DNA of 64,000 nt from Kineosporiaceae bacterium. GTDB taxonomy: Bacteria > Actinomycetota > Actinomycetes > Actinomycetales > Kineosporiaceae. The notes below the pieces were generated by a model. The model did no database searches and had not been told where the DNA came from. It worked only from the letters and a program-made list of their open reading frames with translations. Numbering within the stretch: the stretch's first letter is position 1; each line of letters starts with the position of its first letter. Both the position numbers and the translations under genes were made by a program. Positions 49,499 to 57,855 of the stretch are shown in pieces. The stretch covers positions 24,595 to 88,594 of the forward strand of contig JAEUJN010000054.1 in the NCBI GenBank assembly GCA_016794595.1, given 5' to 3'.

Positions 49499-50563
49499 TC
49501 AGAAGCCGTAGGCGGCAGCGAGTTCGGGGTCACGGGCAGCCAGCGCCCGGGCGAGGTCGACCTGCACCTGGCACTGCTTGCAGGAGGCGTCGTCCTCCAT
49601 CCGGCCGTCGAGCATGACCGCGCCGGTGCCGTCCCCCATGGCCTCGATCACCCGCAGGGCGTGCCTGACGTCCTTGGGGTCGGGGGAGAACACCTTCTTG
49701 GCGATGTCGACCTGCACCGGGTGCAGGCTCCAGGCGCCCACGCACCCCAGCAGGAAGGCGTTGCGGAACTGGTCCTCGCAGGCCACGACGTCCTTGATGT
49801 CGCCGAACGGGCCGTAATAGGCGTAGATGCCGTGGGTGGCGCAGGCGTCCACCATGCGCGCGATCGTGTAGTGCCACAGATCCTGCTGGAAGATCCCCCG
49901 GTCGGCCGTGTAGGCCAGGGCGCCGTCGTCCAGGGCCGGCGGGTCCTCGCGGACCAGGTAACCCGGGTGCCCGCCGCCGACCCGGGTGGTCTTCATCCGC
50001 CGGTTGGCCGCGAGGTCGGCGGGGCCGAGCGAGAGGCCCTGCATCCGCGGGCTCGCGCCGCAGATCTCCTCGACATTGGCCACACCGCGCGCGGTCTCGA
50101 GGATGGCGTGGATCAGGATCGGGCGGGTCAGCCCCGCCTTCGCCTCGAGCTGGGCGAGTAGCCGGTCGACATAGTGGATGTCCTCGGCGCCCTCGACCTT
50201 GGGCACCATGACGACGTCCAGCTTGCGCCCGATCGCCGGGACCAGCGTGGTCAGGTCGTCGAGCACCCAGGGCGAGTCGAGCGCGTTGACCCGGGTCCAC
50301 AACTGGGTGTCTCCGAAGTCGGTCGAGGAGGCGATCGCCACCAGCCCGGCGCGCGCGGCCTCCTTGTTCTCCGCCTTGACCGCGTCCTCCAGATTGCCCA
50401 GCAGGACGTCGACCTGGGCGGCCATCTGCGGCACCTTGGCGGCCATCTTGGCGTTCGAGGGATCGAAGAAGTGGATCATCCGTGAGGGCCGGAACGGGAT
50501 CTCCCGGGGCGGGGTCGGTGCCCCGACGGCGAGCGGACGGAAGAAGTCCTTCGGAGGGCGCAT
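49499..50563 (-). CDS. mclA: L-malyl-CoA/beta-methylmalyl-CoA lyase-like (Chloroflexus MclA type)
   Basis: Near-collinear with Chloroflexus aurantiacus MclA as I remember it: [90 protein letters not shown]. Start at ATG 50563. Confidence 0.8.
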   Translation of the reverse strand: MRPPKDFFRPLAVGAPTPPREIPFRPSRMIHFFDPSNAKMAAKVPQMAAQVDVLLGNLEDAVKAENKEAARAGLVAIASSTDFGDTQLWTRVNALDSPWVLDDLTTLVPAIGRKLDVVMVPKVEGAEDIHYVDRLLAQLEAKAGLTRPILIHAILETARGVANVEEICGASPRMQGLSLGPADLAANRRMKTTRVGGGHPGYLVREDPPALDDGALAYTADRGIFQQDLWHYTIARMVDACATHGIYAYYGPFGDIKDVVACEDQFRNAFLLGCVGAWSLHPVQVDIAKKVFSPDPKDVRHALRVIEAMGDGTGAVMLDGRMEDDASCKQCQVQVDLARALAARDPELAAAYGF

Positions 50564-50742
50564 GGCGATCAGCCTAGGGGCGGGCAGGATGCCCATTGCG
50601 TCGCGCTGGTCACACCCGGCGAACCGCTCTCGATACTCGATCGGGCGGCCACATGAGGCTTTTGCGGTCATTCATCGCTAGGGTGACCTCGCCCGGGGGG
50701 CGCATCGGCGCCCCGGCCACCCGGGCACCTCGGGAGGCCGAC

Positions 50743-51585
50743 GTGACGTTCAACGATCCAGGCGATGCCCCGTCGACGGGTGCGCCCCCTTCGGAGATCA
50801 ACCAGATCGTCCCTCAGTCGGCCCGGATCTATGACTACCTGCTCGGCGGCAAGGACAACTACGAGTGCGACCGAGCGGTCGGCGACGCCCTGATGCGGCA
50901 GTTGCCCGCCCTGCCGGTCATGGTTCGGGCCCAGCGCAGCTTCCTGGCACGCGCCGTCCGGTACCTGATCGCCGACGCGGGGGTTCGTCAGTTCCTCGAC
51001 ATCGGCACCGGGATCCCCGCCGCCGAGAACGTGCACGAGGTCGCTCAGTCGCTCGCCCCTGACGCGCGGGTGCTCTACGTGGACAACGACCCCATCGTGC
51101 TCGCCCACGCCCGAGCCCTGACGAGCAGCACCCCCGAGGGGGCGACCGCGTTCATCCAGGCCGACCTGCGCCGGCCGGAGACGATCCTGGAACACCCGCT
51201 CCTGGCGGCAACCCTCGATCACGATCTGCCCGTCGCCCTGATGCTGATCGGCATCCTGCACCACGTGCGTGACGACGACGATCCGTACGGGCTCGTCGCC
51301 AGGCTGGTCGACTGGCTGCCCACGGGCAGCTACGTCACCATCGCCGGCCCGGGATCGGACTTCGACCCGGCCGTGATGAGCGCCGTCGCGGCGTCCGCCG
51401 AACAGTCGGGAATCCCGTACGTGGCTCGTTCCCACGAGCAGACCCTGAGGTTCCTCGACGGGCTGCAATTGGTCGAACCGGGACTTGTCCCCATCCAGAG
51501 CTGGCGCCCGGACGTCGAGGGGGCGCCGGACGTCTACGGCTGGGCCGGGATGGCACGCAAGGGTGCCCGCGCCCAGGCCGGCTGA
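50743..51585 (+). CDS. SAM-dependent methyltransferase (actinobacterial DUF574 / Methyltransf_19-like)
   Basis: ARIYDYLLGGKDNYECDR, QFLDIGTGIP, VLYVDNDPIV. GTG 50743 is preceded by GGGAGG. Confidence 0.8.
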   Translation: MTFNDPGDAPSTGAPPSEINQIVPQSARIYDYLLGGKDNYECDRAVGDALMRQLPALPVMVRAQRSFLARAVRYLIADAGVRQFLDIGTGIPAAENVHEVAQSLAPDARVLYVDNDPIVLAHARALTSSTPEGATAFIQADLRRPETILEHPLLAATLDHDLPVALMLIGILHHVRDDDDPYGLVARLVDWLPTGSYVTIAGPGSDFDPAVMSAVAASAEQSGIPYVARSHEQTLRFLDGLQLVEPGLVPIQSWRPDVEGAPDVYGWAGMARKGARAQAG

Positions 51586-51597
51586 CCGCGAGCAGGT

Positions 51598-52944
51598 TCA
51601 GGCCTCGCCCCAGGCGCGGGCGATCGCGCGGGTCAGGGCCCGGGGGACGCCGCCGGCGGTGCGCAGGGGCTGATGGCGACCGTCCTCGACCACGGTGCGT
51701 CCACCGACCACCACCGTGTCGACGTCGGAGGCGGAGGCCACCAACGGGATCTGGGTGGGCATCGCACCGGCGGTCCGCAGCGAGTCCAGCCGGACCCCGA
51801 CCAGGTCGCACAGCGAGCCCACCTCGAGCCGTCCGGCCTCGGGCCAGCCCAGGGCAGCGTGCCCGGACGCCGACAGCGAGGTGATCAGCTCCTCCACCGA
51901 GAACCGGCCGCGCCGCCCCGAGGCCAGCCGCTCGTGCATCTCGAGCATCCGGGACTCACCGATCATGTCGATCATCACGTGCTGGTCGGTGCCCAGGGCG
52001 ATCGGCGCCCCGGCGTCGGCCAGCTCGCGCGCCGGCCCGATGCCGTCCGCCAGGTCCTGCTCGGTGCTGGGACAGATGCAGGCCGTGGTCTGGGATTCCC
52101 CGAGCAGCCGGATGTCCCCGGGCGTGAGGTGGGTGGCGTGCACCGCGGTGGTCGCCGAACCCAGCACGCCGTGGTCGGCGAGCAACTGGGTGGGCGTGCG
52201 CCCGTAGGCGGCCACGCACGAGGCGTTCTCGGCCGGCTGCTCGGAGACGTGCACGTGCAACGGGCGGGGTGCGCCGTCCTCGCCGACGTCCGCCTCGACG
52301 ATCACCGACAGCTCCTCGACCGGGACGGCGCGCACCGAGTGCACGGCGGCGGCCACCCGGAACCGCTCGTCGTCGGCCAGCTCGCTGACCCGCATCGCCC
52401 AGCTCTCGGCGTCCCCGTCGTCGAAGCGCCGCTGGACCCCCTCGAGCGGGATGTCGATCCCGCCGCGCAGGTAACAGGTGTCCAGCAAGGTCATCCGCAA
52501 CCCGGCCACCGATGCGGCCTCCCGCAGCGCCTCCCCCATGGCGTTCGGCTCGCCGTAGCGGGCACCACCGGGGCCGTGGTGCAGGTAGTGGAACTCCCCC
52601 ACACACGTGATCCCGGACAGCACCATCTCGGAGAACACGGCCGTGGCCAGCTCGCAGTAGGTGTCCGGGGTGAGCCGGTCGGCCAGGGCGTACATCCGGT
52701 CGCGCCACGTCCAGAAGGTGCCGCCCTCGGTGTGCGTGCGCCCGCGCAGCGCCCGGTGAAAGGCGTGCGAGTGCGTGTTCGCGAACCCGGGCAGCACCAT
52801 CAGGGCGAGTTGGACGTCGCCGGGCTCGGGTCGGGTGTCGATCTGGATGGCGGTGATGCGGCCGTCCTCGCCGCAACTGATCCTCACCCCATCGGCTGGG
52901 CCCTTGGGCAACCAAGCGTGGGCGCACCACCACGTGCGGTTCAC
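51598..52944 (-). CDS. hutF: Formimidoylglutamate deiminase
   Basis: AHAWLP..., PGFANTHSHAFHRALRGR, HVHVSEQ, GTDQH. Amidohydrolase fold in a hut context. Confidence 0.85.
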   Translation of the reverse strand: MNRTWWCAHAWLPKGPADGVRISCGEDGRITAIQIDTRPEPGDVQLALMVLPGFANTHSHAFHRALRGRTHTEGGTFWTWRDRMYALADRLTPDTYCELATAVFSEMVLSGITCVGEFHYLHHGPGGARYGEPNAMGEALREAASVAGLRMTLLDTCYLRGGIDIPLEGVQRRFDDGDAESWAMRVSELADDERFRVAAAVHSVRAVPVEELSVIVEADVGEDGAPRPLHVHVSEQPAENASCVAAYGRTPTQLLADHGVLGSATTAVHATHLTPGDIRLLGESQTTACICPSTEQDLADGIGPARELADAGAPIALGTDQHVMIDMIGESRMLEMHERLASGRRGRFSVEELITSLSASGHAALGWPEAGRLEVGSLCDLVGVRLDSLRTAGAMPTQIPLVASASDVDTVVVGGRTVVEDGRHQPLRTAGGVPRALTRAIARAWGEA

Positions 52945-53047
52945 GGTCGCATCCTGCCGTGTCCGGACGTGCGGCGCATCACCTCTGCCGCGGAACCGCC
53001 CGTCAGGCCCAGCCCCCGGGCATCGCCGAGGTGAACCGTGCGTGAGC

Positions 53048-55036
53048 TCAGCGCAACGACACCGCGCTCTCGCTCACCACGGCCCTCCCGGTCCCCGTGG
53101 TGGCCAGCACGCGCACGGTGACACTGTCGCCGGGCAGGTGGCCGACCGGCAGGTCGACGGAGGCCTCGCTCAACCCCACGGCGACCGTCTGCCAGGACTG
53201 CCCGCCGTCAGTGCTGAGCTGCACGGCGTAGCGCTGGGACGGCGGGGCCGCCGCAGCGTCCCAGGCCAGGTGCAGGACGCCACCGCTGACCACGGGCGGG
53301 GCCGCCCCGAACGCCGGGGCGTCGTTGCGGACCGCCGCGGGCTCAGCGGGTGCGCCGCCGATCGGGTGCTCGGCGACCACCGCGCCGTTCAGCAGGAGCT
53401 GCAGTCGGGCCGCGCCGTCCGGGTCGGGCAGGTCGACGTCCACCGTGCCGGTGACCTCCTGATCGGGGGCCTCGCACGCGCTGCGGCGCAGCGGCACCGT
53501 GAGCTGTTCGAGAACGGTGTCGTCCGCGGCCAGGATGCGCACCGCGACCTCACCGGCCGGATCGGGCCCGGCAGCCTCGGGCGAGTCCCCTCCGCCGAAG
53601 TCGGAGGAGGGCAGCACCGCCGCGACCTCGGCCGTCCCGCGATCGAGGTTGAGCGAGGCGATCAAGCGCATGGTCGGTGATCCTCCAGGTGGGGCAGCGG
53701 CGCCGGCTGCTGCCAGCCCCAGGGCCGCTGCCGGGCCGGCGGGCAGGGCGTCCTCGGCGATCAGCCGGTCGTGGATCCCGGTGTAGGTGAACGCACTGAG
53801 CCACTGGTTGTCGCAGTAGCTCATCACGTCGTGCGAGCTGACGGGCGGGACGACGCGCAGCGGCAGGCCGAGCGCGGCGTCCCCGGTGTCGATGCCGACG
53901 AAGGCCTCGTCGGCATCGGAGAGCTGACCGTTCGGGTAGGGGTAGGGGGCACCGCCGCCGGCGCCGCAGAACTCGGCATGGAAGCGTCCGAGGGTGTGGC
54001 CCAGTTCGTGGGCGCCGTACCAGTCACCGTAGGAACCGTCGGTGTCCCAGGCGAATCCGGATGCCGCGGCCGGCCCGGAGGCGACGGTGCCGGGCTGGGG
54101 GGTCCCGGGGATGTCGGAGGCGAGCCCGCGCATGAAGAACCCGTCGGCGTCGACCATGCCGTAGTAGTGCGTCCGGGCGTCGGTCCCGGTGGCCACGTCG
54201 ACCGCCCGCAGGGCCAGCAGTTGGGCGTTGACCTGCGAGGCATCGAACTCGACCGGGGCACTCGCCGGGACGGTCACGGTGGTCAGCTCGACCCGGCTGA
54301 CCGGATAGGCGCGCCGCAGCCAGGACCGCAACAACTCGACGTCCGTGGTCGAGGGGGTGAAGGTGACCCCGTCCTGCACGTACGAGAGCAGGACCAACCG
54401 AAGCCGGAACGGCACCGCCGGGCCGAGAGTGAACCGGCGGCGGCGGACACCGGCCACGGACGGCACCGCGCCGGACCCGACGGCCCGGATCAGCCGGCCC
54501 ATCCGAAGGTAGAGCGGACCGGGGGTGGACACCAGGTCGTCGGGTAGCCGGAAGTTCAGGCTGAAGCCGAGATCGGCTCGGCGCGAACGCAATTGCGCAG
54601 GCGAGGTGCCCGAGCGGGACGGATCCAGCCGAGCTGTGCCGAGGGAGGCGACCGCCTGCCAGGGACCGGACGGCGACCGCGCCGCCAGGAGTTCGCCGCG
54701 CAGGGTGATCGCCCCTGCGGGCCGGCTGAGGTAGGCGCGCACGATGGTGGCCTTGCCCGCCACCAGCGGGACGGTGTGGGACAGGTCCTGGATCTCCTGG
54801 GTCACCTCGAGCCCGTCCAGGCGGACCACCGGCAGCAGCGGGACGCCGGCGGGCGCCGCGCGGCGTGCCCCGCCGTCCGGAGTCGACGAGGCCAGTGCTC
54901 GCTCGATCAGGCGTTCGGCGCCGGCCTCGTCATCCGCGACGGGGTCCTCTGCGAGCGCTCTGGTCAGTGCGCGGGCAAGTGCGGTCTCCTGACGCTGCTG
55001 CCTGGACACCCGCCGCCGTGACAGATCGAGTCCCAT
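53048..55036 (-). CDS. Large signal-less protein with a metzincin-type zinc-peptidase motif and a C-terminal Asp-box beta-domain
   Basis: HELGHTLGRFH fits HExxHxxGxxH. It is followed by SSHDVMSYC (Met-turn-like) and a C-terminal LSTDGGQSWQTV (SxDxGxxW Asp-box). The RBS GGGGGAGG precedes the ATG at 55036. The N-terminus (MGLDLSRRRVSRQQRQETALARAL) is not a signal peptide. Confidence 0.55.
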   Translation of the reverse strand: MGLDLSRRRVSRQQRQETALARALTRALAEDPVADDEAGAERLIERALASSTPDGGARRAAPAGVPLLPVVRLDGLEVTQEIQDLSHTVPLVAGKATIVRAYLSRPAGAITLRGELLAARSPSGPWQAVASLGTARLDPSRSGTSPAQLRSRRADLGFSLNFRLPDDLVSTPGPLYLRMGRLIRAVGSGAVPSVAGVRRRRFTLGPAVPFRLRLVLLSYVQDGVTFTPSTTDVELLRSWLRRAYPVSRVELTTVTVPASAPVEFDASQVNAQLLALRAVDVATGTDARTHYYGMVDADGFFMRGLASDIPGTPQPGTVASGPAAASGFAWDTDGSYGDWYGAHELGHTLGRFHAEFCGAGGGAPYPYPNGQLSDADEAFVGIDTGDAALGLPLRVVPPVSSHDVMSYCDNQWLSAFTYTGIHDRLIAEDALPAGPAAALGLAAAGAAAPPGGSPTMRLIASLNLDRGTAEVAAVLPSSDFGGGDSPEAAGPDPAGEVAVRILAADDTVLEQLTVPLRRSACEAPDQEVTGTVDVDLPDPDGAARLQLLLNGAVVAEHPIGGAPAEPAAVRNDAPAFGAAPPVVSGGVLHLAWDAAAAPPSQRYAVQLSTDGGQSWQTVAVGLSEASVDLPVGHLPGDSVTVRVLATTGTGRAVVSESAVSLR

Positions 55037-55183
55037 TCCTGCCTCCCCCTGCCCGAGCCGTCCGGACGGGCGGCTGTCTGCAGGTCAGAGCCTCGGGGGC
55101 GGGCCGTGATACGGCGGTGTGCAGGTCTCACCAGGGGAACGGCACCAACGCAGCGTCGGTGAAGGCGCCCCCGACGAGGGCTC

Positions 55184-56422
55184 TCACTCCACGGCCAGCA
55201 AACGGGTCAGCACCGCGGCCAGCGCCTGGGCCCCCATCTCGCAGTCGTCGGGCTCGGCGTACTCCGCCGGGGAGTGCGAGACCCCGGTCGGGTTGCGCAC
55301 GAACAGCATGGACGACGCCACTCCCGCCTGCGCGAGCACCCCGGCGTCGTGCCCCGCGCCGGTGGGCAGGACCGGGACCGGGCCCGAGCCGAGAGCGGCA
55401 CCGACGGCACCGGCCACCTCAGCCGCCAGGTCGGCGGGGAAGACGGTGGCCGCCGTCCAGGATTCCTGCACCGCCGCCTGCCCGATCGCCGCTTCCACGT
55501 CGACCAGCACGGCCCGCACCTGCTGCTCGGTGTCGGCGCGCACGTCCACCCACGCCCTCACCCCGGACGGGATGGCGTTCACCGCGTTCGGTGCCACCTC
55601 GACCTTGCCCACCGTGGCCAGCGCACCGTGACCGGACGCCGCGGCCCGCGCCACCGAGATCACCGTGGCCAGGGCGAGCATCGGATCATCCCGGTCGGCC
55701 AGCAGGGTGGTGCCGGCGTGATCGGCCCGGCCGGCCAGGTCGAGCCGGAACCGCCCGTGTGGCCGGATCGCGCTGGCCACCCCGACCGGCACGTTCAGCT
55801 CGGGCAGGGCGAGCGCGCGGCCCTGCTCGACGTGCAGTTCGACGAAACACCCCACCCGGCGCAGGGTCTCGTCGTCCCGGCCCATGTGGTCCGGGTTCAG
55901 CCCGCCGGCCCGGGCGGCCTCGGCATAGCTGACCCCCTCGGCGTCCCGCAGGGCCAGCACCGATGACGGGGCACTGATCCCGCTGAGCAACCGGCTCCCC
56001 GAGCAGGCCAGCCCGAACCGGGCGCCCTCCTCGTCGACGAACCGCACCAGCCCCAACGGACGTCCTCGAGCAGCGATCGCCTCGTCCAGAATTCCGTTGT
56101 CCCGCAACGCCTCGACGGCGACCAGCGCGGCCGCGACCCCCAGGGGACCGTCCATCGGGCCCCCGTCGGGCACCGAGTCGAGATGGCTTCCGGTGACCAC
56201 CCCCGGCCTGCCGCGGGCGGCCGCCCGGTCCGGATCGCCCCACCAGGCCCACTGGTTCCCACACCGGTCCACGGTGACGTCCGCCCCGAGTGCCCTCACC
56301 CGCGCGGCGAACCACTCGCCCAGGGCGACGTCGTCCGCGGTGAAGGCGAATCTGCGGTATCCACCCGTGATCCGGTCGCGGCCGATGGTCGCGATCTCCT
56401 CCAGCAGGCCAGTGACCCTCAT
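55184..56422 (-). CDS. M20-family amidohydrolase (allantoate amidohydrolase / N-carbamoyl-amino-acid hydrolase type; probable N-formylglutamate-hydrolysing step of hut)
   Basis: TGSHLDSVPDGGPMDGPLG, FVDEEGARFG, ELHVEQG, DHAGTT, GAGHDAG. Positioned between hutU and hutF. Confidence 0.8.
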   Translation of the reverse strand: MRVTGLLEEIATIGRDRITGGYRRFAFTADDVALGEWFAARVRALGADVTVDRCGNQWAWWGDPDRAAARGRPGVVTGSHLDSVPDGGPMDGPLGVAAALVAVEALRDNGILDEAIAARGRPLGLVRFVDEEGARFGLACSGSRLLSGISAPSSVLALRDAEGVSYAEAARAGGLNPDHMGRDDETLRRVGCFVELHVEQGRALALPELNVPVGVASAIRPHGRFRLDLAGRADHAGTTLLADRDDPMLALATVISVARAAASGHGALATVGKVEVAPNAVNAIPSGVRAWVDVRADTEQQVRAVLVDVEAAIGQAAVQESWTAATVFPADLAAEVAGAVGAALGSGPVPVLPTGAGHDAGVLAQAGVASSMLFVRNPTGVSHSPAEYAEPDDCEMGAQALAAVLTRLLAVE

Positions 56423-57816
56423 TGCTCAGCACCCTTCATGGTCGGGCCCGACGCCTCGGGCACCCGGGACAGCACGGCCTCGAGCACCGGCGTCGCCAGG
56501 GCGAGCCGGTGCGCCCGGATCACCAGGTCCCACAACGGCTCGAACTTCCTCCAGCCCGCGGCATAGGCCAGGTGTTTGGCGCGGTGGCGGGCCGAGGCGT
56601 GGGTGCCCGCGGCGCGCGCGATGGCCGACCAGCGGTAGAAATCCCGATAGGCCCGGTGGTAGCCGTCCAGCAGTTGCCCGGCGGTGAGCCGTGCCGGACG
56701 GTACACGACGTGGCGGGTGTCGTACTCGTCCCAGTCGTGGCTGGTGATCCGGCCCTGGGCAGCCAGCATGTCGTGGAGCCGCGTTCCCGGGTACGGGGTC
56801 TGGATGTGAAAGGTGCACGTGGTCACCCCGTGATCGACCGCCCAGCCGACCGTGCGGTCGAAGACCTCCGGCCCGTCGTCGTCCATCCCGAACACGAACG
56901 ATCCGTTGATCATCACTCCCAGGTCACTCAGCCGCCGGGCCACCGCGGCATAGTCACGAGACAGGTTTTGGTGCTTGTTGCCGGCGCGCAGGTTCGCCGG
57001 GCTGAAGGTCTCGAACCCCACGAACAGGCTGCGCAGGCCCGCCTCGGCGGCCCGCTCGATCAGGTCACCCCGCAACACCGAGTCGACCGTGGCTGCCCCC
57101 TGGAAGATCCGGTTCATCCCGCGCATCCCCGCGAACAGCTCCCGCGCGAACCGGGCATTACCGAGCAGGTGATCGTCCAGGAAGTACAGGTGCCGGCCCG
57201 GCAGACGATCGATCTCGGCCAGAGCGGCATCGACCCGCTGGACGTAGAAACCGTCACCGCCGGCGAAGAAGGCATCCTTGTAACAGAAATCGCAGTGCCG
57301 AGGACACCCGCGGGAGACCACGATCGAGTTGGGCACCAGATACCGGTTGCGCCGGATCAGCTCGCGCCGCACCGGCGGCAGGTCCTGGATCGTGCGCCCA
57401 TGGGTCGAGACGTACCTGGACGCCGGGTGCCCGGCCCGCACATCAGCCAGGAATGCCGGGAAGGTCTGCTCCCCCGGCCCGAGGAACACGTGGTCGGCGT
57501 GCCCGGCCGCCTCCTCGGGCAGAGAGGTCACGTGCAGCCCGCCGAGGGCGACCCGGCATCCCTTGGCGCGGTAGTGATCCGCGATGGCGTAGGCGCGTCG
57601 GGCATTGGTGATGTAGACCTGGATCACCACCAGGTCGGGGACGTCGTCCAGGTCGAGCCGCTCGACGTGATCGTCGACCAGCTGCGCCTCGTCGTCCGGG
57701 CCCAGGTGGGCCGCGAGCGTCGCCAGCCCCAACGGCGGGAAGAGGGAGTACTTGACCGGGCGCCAGGCCGGGCTCCTCGCCTCGGCCAGCGCCGGCAGGA
57801 TGAACTTGACGAACAT
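56419..57816 (-). CDS. B12-binding-domain radical SAM protein
   Basis: The N-terminal Rossmann-like region (KYSLFPPLGLATLAAHL ... DLVVIQVYITNA ... VALGGLHVT) precedes the radical SAM cluster motif GCPRHCDFC. The stop overlaps the M20 start (ATGA). Confidence 0.85.
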   Translation of the reverse strand: MFVKFILPALAEARSPAWRPVKYSLFPPLGLATLAAHLGPDDEAQLVDDHVERLDLDDVPDLVVIQVYITNARRAYAIADHYRAKGCRVALGGLHVTSLPEEAAGHADHVFLGPGEQTFPAFLADVRAGHPASRYVSTHGRTIQDLPPVRRELIRRNRYLVPNSIVVSRGCPRHCDFCYKDAFFAGGDGFYVQRVDAALAEIDRLPGRHLYFLDDHLLGNARFARELFAGMRGMNRIFQGAATVDSVLRGDLIERAAEAGLRSLFVGFETFSPANLRAGNKHQNLSRDYAAVARRLSDLGVMINGSFVFGMDDDGPEVFDRTVGWAVDHGVTTCTFHIQTPYPGTRLHDMLAAQGRITSHDWDEYDTRHVVYRPARLTAGQLLDGYHRAYRDFYRWSAIARAAGTHASARHRAKHLAYAAGWRKFEPLWDLVIRAHRLALATPVLEAVLSRVPEASGPTMKGAEQ

Positions 57817-57855
57817 TCCTGGAATCCCTCCCCGACGGATCGATCCCGGCAGCGA

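Noticed and set aside
55058-55069. Palindrome CCGTCCGGACGG resembling the tetR operator core CCGTCCAGACGG (11 of 12 positions)
   Set aside because: My rough estimate is that such a near-match to a GC-rich 12-mer is expected by chance a few times in 64 kb. The flanking TA..TA of the operator is absent, and there is no functional link to the TetR operon.
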